NCBI GenBank assembly: GCA_002269645.1
Contig: NIVC01000272.1
Span: 186,001 to 250,000, forward strand
DNA: 64,000 nt
Direction: 5' to 3'
Origin: Macrostomum lignano
Lineage: Eukaryota
The position numbers were made by a program, and so were the translations under genes. Position 1 is the first letter of the stretch. Each line of letters starts with the position of its first letter. Shown piece by piece: positions 27,712 through 40,600 of this stretch. The notes beneath the pieces are model-generated. The model had not been told where the DNA came from. It saw nothing but the letters and a program-made list of their open reading frames with translations, and did not search any database.

Positions 27712-30700
27712 CTCTGCTTCCGCGTTCCCGGGGTCGATTAACGGCCTTGTTGTTTTAATTAACTGGCAAGTGCGAGCTCGCGCTAAACTCTTGCAGAGTC
27801 GGCGGGTATCCGCTGATCCTCTGGCAATCCCTCGCATCTTGTTCCCGGATCCAAGAATAAAAGGAATTCTCTGCGGGCTTGATGAGGCCGAGGGTGATAA
27901 AAAAATAGAGCCGCATAATTGGGCCGGAATTCACGCCCCTGAGCCTGGAGGGGATATTTCTCTCCAAATTGAGATCCCAATTGCAATTTTCTTCTCACTT
28001 AGCGACCAATCCCGCCGTTGTTCTTTTCCGATGAATGAAATAAAATTTCTGCTTCTGCGGATCTCCCTGCGGCGGATTGACTTGCATTTCTGGCGGCTCA
28101 GCACTGAACTTTTCTGCTTCTGGCATCATCAGCTTTGTGCGAGCCTTATTTGCCGGGACTGCTTCTCTGGGGTCTGACTGTGTCCGGGTGTTCGGCTGTG
28201 TTCGGGTGTCCGAATGTGTTTGACTGTGTCCGGGTGTTTGTTTGGCTGTGTCCGAATGTGTCCGGTTGTGTTTAGGTGTTTGACTGTGTCCGGGTGTTTG
28301 GCTGTGTCCGGGTGTTCGGGTGTTCGAATGTTTTTGACTGTGTCCGGGTGTCCGAATGTGTCCGGGTGCCCGAATGTGTCCGGTTGTGTTTATGTGTTTG
28401 ACTGTGTCCGGGTGTCCGAATGTGTCCGGTTGTGTTTAGGTGTTTGACTGTGTCCGGGTGTTTGGCTGTGTCCGGGTGTTTTAATGTGTCCGGGTGTGTC
28501 CGAATGTGTCCGGCTGTCCGAATGTGTCCGGTTGTGTTTAGGTGTTTGACTGTGTCCTGGTGTTTGGCTGTGTCCGGGTGTTTGACTGTGTCCGGGTGTG
28601 TCCGAATGTGTCCGGCTGTCCGAATGTGTTTGACTGTGTCCGGGTGTCCGAATGTGTCCGGGTGTCCGAATGTGTCCGGTTGTGTTTAGGTGTTTGACTG
28701 TGTCCGGGTGTCCGAATGTGTCCGGTTGTGTTTAGGTGTTTGACTGTGTCCGGGTGTTTGACTGTGTCCGGGTGTTTGGCTGTGTCCGGGTGTTCGGGTG
28801 TTCGAATGTGTCCGGTTGTGTTTAGGTGTTTGACTGTGTCCGGGTGTCCGAATGTGTCCAGGTGTCCGAATGTGTCCGGTTGTGTTTAGGTGTTTGACTG
28901 TGTCCGGGTGTCCGAATGTGTCCGGTTGTGTTTAGGTGTTTGACTGTGTCCGGGTGTTTGGCTGTGTCCGGGTGTTTTAATGTGTCCGGTTGTGTCCGAA
29001 TGTGTCCGGCTGTCCGAATGTGTCCGGTTGTGTTTAGGTGTTTGACTGTGTCCGGGTGTTTGGCTGTGTCCGGGTGTTTGACTGTGTCCGGGTGTGTCCG
29101 AATGTGTCCGGCTGTCCGAATGTGTTTGACTGTGTCCGGGTGTCCGAATGTGTCCGGGTGTCCGAATGTGTCCGGTTGTGTTTAGGTGTTTGACTGTGTC
29201 CGGGTGTCCGAATGTGTCCGGTTGTGTTTAGGTGTTTGACTGTGTCCGGGTGTTTGACTGTGTCCGGGTGTTTGGCTGTGTCCGGGTGTTCGGGTGTTCG
29301 AATGTGTCCGGTTGTGTTTAGGTGTTTGACTGTGTCCGGGTGTCCGAATGTGTCCAGGTGTCCGAATGTGTCCGGTTGTGTTTAGGTGTTTGACTGTGTC
29401 CGGGTGTTTGGCTGTGTCCGGGTGTTCGGGTGTTCGAATGTGTCCGGCTGTCCGAATGTGTTTGACTGTGTCCGGGTGTTTTACTGTGTCCGGGCGTGTC
29501 CGAATGTGTCCGGGTGTTCGAATGTGTTTGACTGTGTCCGGGTGTCAGAACGTGCCCGGGTGTCCAAATTCGTCCGTATATCTGAATGCGTCCGTATGTC
29601 CGAATGTGTCCGGGTGTCCCAACGTGTCCGGGTGTTTGAAGGTGTCCGGGTTTCCGACTTTGTGTGTCCAAAAGAGCCTGATTGTGTGTCCAGGTGTCGG
29701 ATTATGTCTGTGTGGGTCAATTTTTCGTGTCCGACTGTGTGTGTGTCCAAGTGTGCCCAATTGTGTTTCCAAGAGCCCGGTAGTGTGATTATCCGAGTAA
29801 AATTTTTGTGTCCGATTGTGTCCGGATGTTTTAATTTCTGCTTCTCACATTTTGTCGTACCATAAAGTCACAAAGCTATACTTAATTTTAGTTACTACAT
29901 GTATGTGAATAGATTTTTCTGTTTATAACAGCTGTGCTTTCATCAGCTGCAGAGGATTATATGTGTATTAGCCCGCATACTCCTGATAGCCAGCGTCTTA
30001 TACCCCAGAATATGTTTTTTATTTCATAATTAACTACTAATGTTTTTCTAATCATAATTAATAATGCTAGCTCGCATTGGCGGTCACCCGAGTGGCCCCA
30101 GCAGCAACGGTCGCGCATTTTTGCTTAAAACTCCTGAGAGCTCCGCTGTGCTGAGCTCTGCCCGATCCGCAAGCAGTTACTCAACCTACCGAACCCGCTC
30201 ATCCCCTCCCCATTCGCTCAAGGACAAGAAGGAGATTCTGGTGAGTCTGGTGAGCTGGTTCCGGGGCTCCGCTGCAGCCGTTGCCGTCTCCGGTTCGCGC
30301 GCCACACTTTTTCTCTGTCTGTTTAATCCAAGCCGGATCCCACCACCACCTCACTAACTGTCGCACCTGCCTCTGAGACTTGAAGCTGACTGAATCGCTT
30401 CTCCACCCCGCTATGTGTGACAGAATTCCCCATCCAGTGTCCTCACAACCGCTCCTATCTCACCTGCGCTCTATTTAATCCCCTCTCCCTCTCTCTCTCC
30501 ATGTCTCTAAATCTCTCTCCCTTTCTCCCTTTCTCTGCCTCTCCCTCTCTCCCTTTCGCCCCTTCTATCCACTCTCTCTCTCTTTTCCTCACTCTCCCTC
30601 TCTCATCCACTCTCTCCCTCTCTTTTCCTCTCTCTCCCTCTCTCATCCACTCTCTCCCTCTCTTTTCCTCTCTCTCCCTCTCTCATCCACTCTCTCCCTC

Positions 30701-33700
30701 TCTCTCCCTCTCTCATCCACTCTCTCCCTCTCTTTTCCTCTCTCTCCTTCTCTCATCCACTCTCTCCCTCTCTCTCCCTCTCTCATCCACTCTCTCCCTC
30801 TCTTTTCCTCTCTCTCCCTCTCTCATCCACTCTCTCCCTCTCTCTCCCTCTCTCATCCACTCTCTCCCTCTCTTTTCCTCTCTCTCCCTCTCTCATCCAC
30901 TCTCTCCCTCTCTTTTCCTCTCTCTCCTTCTCTCATCCACTCTCTCCCTCTCTTTTCCTCTCTCTCCTTCTCTCATCCACTCTCTCCCTCTCTTTTCCTC
31001 TCTCTCCTTCTCTCATCCACTCTCTCCCTCTCTCTCCCTCTCTCATCCACTCTCTCCCTCTCTTTTCCTCTCTCTCCCTCTCTCATCCACTCTCTCCCTC
31101 TCTCTCCCTCTCTCATCCACTCTCTCCCTCTCTTTTCCTCTCTCTCCCTCTCTCATCCACTCTCTCCCTCTCTCTCCCTCTCTCATCCACTCTCTCCCTC
31201 TCTTTTCCTCTCTCTCCCTCTCTCATCCACTCTCTCCCTCTGTCTCCCTCTCTCTTCCTCTCTTTTCCTCTCTCTCCCTCTCTCATCCACTCTCTCCCTC
31301 TCTCTCCCTCTCTCTCCCTCTCTTTTCCTCTCTCTCCCTCTCTCTTTCACTCTCTGCCTCTCTCTCCCTCTGTCTCTCCCTCTTGCCCCTCTATCCCACT
31401 CTCTCTTACTCTCTCTCCTCTCCCTCTCCCTCTCCCCTGCTTTTTCCTGCCAGTGTCAGGTGATTTTTGTGAACACAAAACTTTCCTTAAGCAGCCGCGC
31501 TAAGGCGACTTCCGGCCCCCCCCCTCTAACGACGCACCAACTTTGAAATGATTGTGCCGTGTTCAATATTTTGTTACCGAAAATCAAACGCATTATGAAA
31601 CAATTTTTATTGGCACTAAACATTGGCCCTCAGTCTTGCAAGTTTCCCAGCGACATCACTATTGCACCTGTGCACTGCAATTGTTCCTTGTAGCGACCTG
31701 ATTTTCATTTTCTCAGGGCACCTAGCAACCTCTAATAATCCAAAATCCATGCATTAGATGGGCACACACCTGAGCAAATAAATATTAACAGCCGTACTAG
31801 TTTTGCCTGTGTTCATCACAGTGCAACTGCACTGCTGAGCATCACTTCTTTGCACTTTAAAGTAGTTCACAAGCACTGAACTTTTGCTCGCCTGACAAGA
31901 AAACGTCTTTTTGACCCGTTTGCTAGCATGAGTTTTTTGTGACGCATCAGTGTAGCGTTTTATTAGGCTATTAAGCTAGATTAGCAATCCATATTGGCTA
32001 GATTAGCAATCCATATTGGCTAGATTAGCAATCCATATTGGCTAGATTAGCAATCCATATTGGCTAGATTAGCAATCCATATTGGCTAGATTAGCAATCC
32101 ATATTGGCTAGATTAGCAATCCATATTGGCTAGATTAGCAATCCATATTGGCTAGATTAGCAATCCATATTGGCTAGATGAGCAATCCATATTGGCTAGA
32201 TTAGCAATCCATATTGGCTAGATTAGCAATCCATATTGGCTAGATTAGCAATCCATATTGGCTAGATTAGCAATCCATATTGGCTAGATTAGCAATCCAT
32301 ATTGGCTAGATGAGCAATCCATATTGGCTAGATTAGCAATCCATATTGGCTAGATTAGCAATCCATATTGGCTAGATTAGCAATCCATATTGGCTAGATT
32401 AGCAATCCATATTGGCTAGATTAGCAATCCATATTGGCTAGATTAGCAATCCATATTGGCTAGAACAGCAATTCATTTGCTAGATTAGCAATCCATATTG
32501 GCTAGATTAGCAATCCATATTGGCTAGATTAGCAATTCATTTGCTAGATTAGCAATCCATATTGGCTAGATTAGCAATCCATATTGGCTAGATTAGCAAT
32601 CCATATTGGCTAGATTAGCAATTCATATTGGCTAGATTAGCAATCCATATTGGCTAGTTTAGCAATCCATATTGGCTAGATCAGCAATTCATTTGCTAGA
32701 TTAGCAATTCATATTGGCTAGTTTAGCAATCCATATTGGCTAGATCAGCAATTCATTTGCTAGATTAGCAATCCATATTGGCTAGATTAGCAATTCATTT
32801 GCTAGATTAGCAATCCATATTGGCTAGATTAGCAATCCATATTGGCTAGATTAGCAATCCATATTGGCTAGATTAGCAATTCATATTGGCTAGATTAGCA
32901 ATCCATATTGGCTAGTTTAGCAATCCATATTGGCTAGATCAGCAATTCATTTGCTAGATTAGCAATCCATATTGGCTAGTTTAGCAATCCATATTGGCTA
33001 GATCAGCAATTCATTTGCTAGATTAGCAATTCATATTGGCTAGTTTAGCAATCCATATTGGCTAGATTAGCAATTCATTTGCTAGATTAGCAATCCATAT
33101 TGGCTAGATTAGCAATCCATATTGGCTAGATTAGCAATCCATATTGGCTAGATTAGCAATCCATATTGGCTAGATTAGCAATTCATATTGGCTAGATTAG
33201 CAATCCATATTGGCTAGTTTAGCAATCCATATTGGCTAGATCAGCAATTCATTTGCTAGATTAGCAATTCATATTGGCTAGTTTAGCAATCCATATTGGC
33301 TAGATCAGCAATTCATTTGCTAGATTAGCAATCCATATTGGCTAGATTAGCAATTCATTTGCTAGATTAGCAATCCATATTGGCTAGATTAGCAATCCAT
33401 ATTGGCTAGATTAGCAATCCATATTGGCTAGATTAGCAATCCATATTGGCTAGATTAGCAATTCATATTGGCTAGATTAGCAATCCATATTGGCTAGTTT
33501 AGCAATCCATATTGGCTAGATCAGCAATTCATTTGCTAGATTAGCAATCCATATTGGCTAGTTTAGCAATCCATATTGGCTAGATCAGCAATTCATTTGC
33601 TAGATTAGCAATCCATATTGGCTAGTTTAGCAATCCATATTGGCTAGATCAGCAATCCATATTGGCTAGATCAGCAATTCATTTGCTAGATTAGCAATCT

Positions 33701-36700
33701 ATTGAGCAATCCATAGACTAATCAAGAGAAAACCTATATTATTAACAATTGCACGGTTTACACAAAGAGTTTTTTCAAACGAGACACTAACACCGAACAC
33801 AAATGATCGATTGCAAGTGAAATTATTGTCAAACATCGCCAAAATGCAAGTCTTCCTTAACCAATACAGTTCCTGAATTTTCATTTTCAAATTGGTCTGC
33901 ATGCTTTGCAAAATTGCCCAACTGATTCCAGAAAATTTTGGAATAAAAAGGACGTCCCCACCAAAATCTCCCATCACCAGGTAAACGTCATCTTCGACGA
34001 CATGGTGATCAAGATGCTGACCATTAAGCAGCCTGCCCAGCTCATCAGCCGGACTTTGTACCTGGGCGGTCACAGGTCGGTGCTTCATCAATACGCAGGC
34101 ATCGAATTCTTCAAGGGCTGCATGAGAGAGGTGAGAGACTGTTCCTATTCCCAGTCAAGCCCAACAACATGACAACATGACAACATAACACAACAACATG
34201 ACAACACAACAACATGACAACACAACAACATGACAACACAGAAACATGACAATACAACAACACAACAACAGGACAACACAACAACATGACAACACAACAA
34301 CAGTACAACACAACAGCATGACAACACATAAGCAGGACAACACAACAACAGGACAACACAACAAAAGTTCAACACAACAACAGTACAACACAACAACAGG
34401 ACAACACAACAAAAGTGCAACACAACAACAGTACAACACAACAACAGGACAACACAACAAAAGTACAACACAACAACAGTACAACATAACAACAGGACAA
34501 CACAACAACAGGACAGCACAACAAAAGTACAACACAACAACAGTACAACACAACAACAGGACAACACAACAACAGGACAACATAACAACAGGACAACACA
34601 ACAACGCGGTAGACGCATCTGACTCTCGCGCCGCGACCCCTGGTTTAATTCCATGCGCGGCCCCCGCATTCATTTGGGACTTGTGTGCACCGAAAATATG
34701 CCAGGTCGGTTGTCGTGCGATTCGCACCTAGAAGGGCCAACCCCCAAGGCGCAGAGTCTGTTGCATACCTGACGATTAGAAAGTCCGGGCCGGTGTACAC
34801 CCGGTGTGAGTGAGCGTATGAGTGCGTCCACGGTCGCCTCTGTCGATGGGCCGACGGGCCGACGGGCTATGAGCAGGCCGACGGTCGCCTCGACAAGTTT
34901 TGTTAAACTGCATAGCGGCCGTCCTCCTTGATATCGATTGGCTAAACTGGGCAGCAGTGCACAGACAGTTGGCAGCCAGGTGCTTGGAACTGAATGCCCA
35001 TCAAGTGAGAATCCATCGGGAGCAGAATTCTGTCCCAGATTCCCATGAGCAGCTTCCCCTCTGTGGGAGAATCGATTATTCACTGAGCCGCGTGGTGCAG
35101 CTCGCTAATTCGGCCGTGGAATCTTCATCATCGGCCGGCCCAGCCTCTCCTGAGTAGATTAAGCAGATTTCGAGATTTCGCACTTCAGCCGAGTCGAACA
35201 GCTTTGTGAGCTCAGTAGAGAGGAAGAGAGGAAATCAGCTGCTCAAGGAAGGATGCTGGGGAGGAGGCGCGATTTGATGAAGCGAGGGAAGGGAAGAAAC
35301 AAGTTCGGCGAGACTCAATGGCAACTCCGTGTTTCTTTCGGAAGTTTTTGAGGCACCTGAGCTTCATCTGACTGACGCGAAATTGTTTGAGTTTGAGCTT
35401 GGGCCACAGCTTCCTGGCGTCCGACATCTGCCACCCCTTCAGAGCACTTCAGTTTGGTAGCTCTCCGTTTTCACCTTCAGACCTCCTCATTCCCGACCTC
35501 TCAGATTCCCCCACAGCTCATTCCCGACCCCTCAGATTCCCCCACAGCTCATTACCGACCCCCCAGATTCCCCCACAGCTCATTCCCGACCCCTCAGATT
35601 CCCCTACAGCTCATTCCCGACCCCTCAGATTCCCCACTGCTCATTACTGACCCCTCAGCTTCCCCACTGCTCATTCCCGACCCCTCAGATTCCCCACTGC
35701 TCATTACTGACCCCTCAGCTTCCCCACTGCTCATTCCCGACCCCTCAGATTCCCCACAGCTCATTCCCGACCCCTCAGATTCCCCCACAGCTCATTCCCG
35801 ACCCCTCAGATTCCCCACAGCTCATTCCCGACCCCTCAGATTCCCCCACAGCTCATTCCCGACCCCTCAGATTCCCCACAGCTCATTACCGACCCCTCAG
35901 ATTCCCCCACTGCTCATTCCCGACCCCTCAGATCCCCCCACAGCTCATTCCCGACCCCTCAGATTCCCCCACAGCTCATTCCCGACCCCTCAGATCCCCC
36001 CACAGCTCATTCCCGACCCCTCAGATTCCCCCACAGCTCATTACCGACCCCTCAGATTCCCCCACAGCTCATTCCCGACCCCTCAAATTCCCCCACAGCT
36101 CATTCCCGACCCCTCAGATTCCCCACAGCTGATTCCCGACCCCTCAGATTCCCTCTTCAGCTGATTCCCTACCATACTCTAAGTTACAGTGAAAGGCACA
36201 CATAATATGGCACAGCATCGGCAGGGTGCGCACCTGTACATCCCACTATAAATCAAAATCCCAATCAACATTAATTTCCTAATCAGTCAAGCAAATGTTG
36301 CGTGCGGAAGTGAAGAAAGGTTAAAAGTTATTTTTTCCAATAGAAGCGCTTCACAAGTCGGCCAAATGAGGAAATGTCATAGGAGGAGGGGGTGGTCGCG
36401 GAGCGCAATAAAGCGGCCGGACAAGCTCGCTGAAGTGTCTCCCGGGGTCGGTCAGATCAGCTGTCTCTTAACTCCCTCCGCCACCTCAGTCGGCAGCAAT
36501 AACGCACTTTCCACCGCTGTCAGGAGGATCCCCTTGTTGTTGCTCGGCGGCTCGACTTTGTCAGAATTCCTGGGAGTCCCGGAACTGCGCCGGCTGGCTG
36601 AAGTTTACCCCCCCCCTGCTGCCGCCCACCCCCGGGGCGCCAACAGGATCGATTTCTGGCACTGTGTGCCGTGTTGCGAATTTGCACTCATCCACCGCCT

Positions 36701-37582
36701 CCCGCCATTCTCACTCCATCTCGCACTTCTGTTCCTACCCACGCGTTGCTGCCTCCCAGTCTCATACTTGCTCACTGCATCACGCTTTCTCTTCGGCTCT
36801 TGCACCGTCTCTTCTCTCCTCTCTACCTCTCTCTCTCCCTATCTCCCTCCCTATCTCTCTCCCTATCTCTCTCCCTATCTCTCTCCCTATCTCCCTCCCT
36901 ATCTCCCTCCCTATCTCCCTCCCTATCTCCCTCCCTATCTCTATCCCTATCTCTCTCCCTATCTCTCTCCCTATCTCCCTCCCTATCTCCCTCCCTATCT
37001 CTCTCCCTATCTCCCTCCCTATCTCCCTCCCTATCTCTCTCCCTATCTCTCTCCCTGTCTCTTTCCCTATCTCTCTCTTCCTGTCTCTCTCTTCCTGTCT
37101 CTCTCCCTGTCTCTCTCTCCCTGTCTCTCTCCTTGTCTCTCTCCCTGTCTCTCTCCCTGTCTCTCTCTCCCTGTCTCTCTCCCTGTCTCTCTCCCTGTCT
37201 CTCTCTCCCTGTCTCTCTCTCCCTGTCTCTCTCCCTGTCTCTCTCTCCCTGTCTCTCTCCCTGTCTCTCTCTCCCTGTCTCTCTCCCTGTCTCTCTCCCT
37301 GTCTCTCTCCCTGTGTCTCTCCCTGTCTCTCTCACTGTCTCTCTCTTCCTGTCTCTCTCCCTGTCTCTCTCCCTATCTCTCTCCCTGTCTCTCTCCCTGT
37401 CTCTCTCCCTGTCTCTCTCTCCCTGTCTCTCTCCCTGTCTCTCTCCCTGTCTCTCTCCCTGTCTCTCTCTCCCTGTCTCTCTCCCTGTCTCTCTCTCCCT
37501 GTCTCTCTCTCCCTGTCTCTCTCTTCCTGTCTCTCTCCCTGTCTCTCTCCCTGTCTCTCTCCCTGTCTCTCTCCCTGTCTCT

Positions 37583-37648
<66 letters not shown>

Positions 37649-40600
37649 ATCTCTCCATATCTCTCCTTATCTCTCTCCCTCTCTCCCTCTCTCCCCCTTC
37701 TCTTTCCCTATCTCTCCTTACCACCCTCCCTACTTCTCTCCCCTTATCTCTTCGTCTCTCTCCCTATCTCCCTCCCTATCTCTAATCCTATCTCTCCCTA
37801 TCTCCCTCCCTATCCATCTATAAAGCCGAGCGCACTCAGAAGTAATTTAAAACAGCTGCACAGCAAATCATTCGCAGTGGAAAATTTGCAATCCCACAAG
37901 CCCATGTAAAAGCCGTGACAAACGATCCCCCCTCTTGTACATGCGAGTGGCTGGTACGGCTGGAAGATTAACAGCCGAGCAGAGAGGTTGTAAAACTGAG
38001 CCAAAAAATTGCGGCCATGATTAACACTGACCAGTCACCAAATTAGCTAATACACTATGCAGCGAATGAACTGCAGTCAATTTTTACTATATTAGAAAGT
38101 TTTTCCTTGAAGTTTAGAACCATTGCTAGGCATTCTTATATTAAATTATGCAATAAAAATTGGCTACCTAATGATGGTTCCAGTCTGAATTGAAATTTGA
38201 AACGCAGCTTACCGGGTCACGTGACTGTACTCCAGTCAAAGAGCCACGTGAATCTATTCCCAGTCAAAGAGTCACGTGACTCTATTCCCAGTCAAAGAGT
38301 CACGTGACTCTAATCCCAGTCAAAGAGTCACGTGAATCTAATCACAGTCAAAGAGTCACGTGAATCTAATCCCAGTCAAAGAGTCACGTGAATCTAATCC
38401 CAGTCAAAGAGTCACGTGAATATAATCCCAGTCAAAGAGTCACGTGAATCTAATCCCAGTCAAAGAGTCACGTGAATCTAATCCCAGTCAAAGAGTCACG
38501 TGAATCTAATCCCAGTCTAAGAGTCACGTGAATCTAATCCCAGTCAAAGAGTCACGTGAATCTAATCCCAGTCAAAGAGTCACGTGAATCTAATCCCAGT
38601 CTAAGAGTCACGTGAATCTAATCCCAGTCAAAGAGTCACGTGAATCTAATCCCAGTCAAAGAGTCACGTGAATCTATTCCCAGTCTAAGAGTGACTGTAA
38701 CTAAGAGGCCTAGTGATATAGACTAAAGAATCATGTAAACATATTCACTGGAACACGTGACTTTAACTATGGAATCATGGGACTTCCTCGCCAGGCCCGC
38801 GTGATCTCCGAGGACGCCACCTTCGACCTGCTGCGTTACGGCCGGCTCGGCCAACACGGCGTCCGGACGTCCGACATGCCGGTAGGGGCTTTCGACGGTT
38901 GCTCGGATCCGCACTCGGCCGAACCCGTCCGGTTCCGGGCGCCGGGTGGTCATCTAGTCGTCCGCCGGGACGCCGGCGGGCCGTGGTCGAGCATCGGCGG
39001 CACCGTGACCCGGCTGGCCTTCCAGTTCGCCACCAACGAGCCGGACGCCCTCCTGCTGTACATCGCCGGCGAGAGCGGCGACTTTCTCGCATTCGAGCTG
39101 CGCGGCGGCGAGCTGCACTTCCTTAGCGACGCCGGGGCAGGCGCGTCGCAGAGACAGGTGAGATGAGAGATGAGATGCGAGATGTGAGATGTGAGATAAC
39201 AGATGAGAGATCTGAGATGAGAGATCTGAGATCTGAGAAGTGAGGTGTGAGATGAGAGATCTGAGATCTGAGAAGTGAGGTGTGAGATAAGAGATGTGAG
39301 ATGAGAGATGAGAGATGTGAGATGAGAGATCTGAGATCTGAGAAGTGAGGTGTGAGATGAGAGATATGAGATGTGATATGAGAGATGTGAGAAGTGAGGT
39401 GAGTGATGCGAGATTTTAGATGAGAGTTCTGAGATCTGCGATCTGAGAAGTGAGGTGTAAGATGCGAGATTTGAGATGTTAGATGCGAGACCTGAGATAA
39501 GATCTGAGACCTGAGAAATGTAAGACAAGAGATCAGAGGGGTCAGAGAGGTAAACACAAAGGATTTGTTTTGTTCATCGCGCTGCCGGTGAGGTAGCAAA
39601 TCAGTCAGCCCGGTTCCGCTGACCCGTGAGCTGACCAAGAAATCTCACTACCCGGCAGTGCGCCGGTGTTGCCATGGAAACGGCAGCCTGTAACTAAAAG
39701 CGCCGCCTTCCTCTCCCCGCCAGGTGACGGATCTGCGCAACCGCCTGAGCGACTCCGACTTCAACAGCGTCAGCTTCTCCGTCAACGATGCCGACAGCAG
39801 CCAGAGCGTCACCCTGAACAGCAACTGGACGGTGCGGCTGGACCAGGACCCGCAGCGCGCCTTCCACCGGCTGGACCTCGGCGCCCGGCTGTACCTCGGC
39901 GGCCTGCCAGCGACCAAGCGGTTCACCACCCCGCCGGAGCTGCAGGCGGCGGCGCTGAACTATGGCTTTGTAGGCCTGCTGGCCGGCCTGAGCGTCAACG
40001 GCGAGGGCGTCGACCTGGTTCAGCTGGTGCTCGCCGGCAGGACCGCCGGACCACCCGGCCTCATCGACGTCCCCGCGCCGCCGTGGCTTCTGCGACGGCG
40101 TCACCTCTGCGACAGTCGGCCCTGCGGCAACGGTGGCGTCTGCAGGGAGGGCTGGGATCGGTTCGTGTGCGACTGCACTCTGACCAGCTTCACTGGGGAG
40201 ACCTGCTCGGACAGTGAGTTCGGGTTGTGGGGAGACCTGCTCGGACAGTGAGTTCGGGTTGTGGGGAGACCTGCTCGGACAGTGAGTTCGGGTTGTGGGG
40301 AGACCTGCTCGGAAAGTGAGTTCGGGGTCCCTCCAAACCGATATGACCCCCTCCACACCGATATGACCCCCTCCACACTGATATGACCCCCTCCACACCG
40401 ATATGACCCCCTCCACACTGATATGACCCCCTCCACACCGATTTGACCCCTCCACACTGATATGACCCCTCCACACCGATGTGACCCCTCCACACCGATT
40501 TGACCCCTCCACACTGATATGACCCCCTCCACACCGATGTGACCCCCTCCACACCGATGTGACCCCTCCACACCGATGTGACCCCTCCACACCGATGTGA

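Noticed and set aside
33978-33986. AG|GTAAAC at the start of exon 4 (and AG|GTGACG at exon 6) as recursive-splice exons
   Set aside because: The GT comes from a conserved Val codon and +5 is non-consensus, so there is no independent support.
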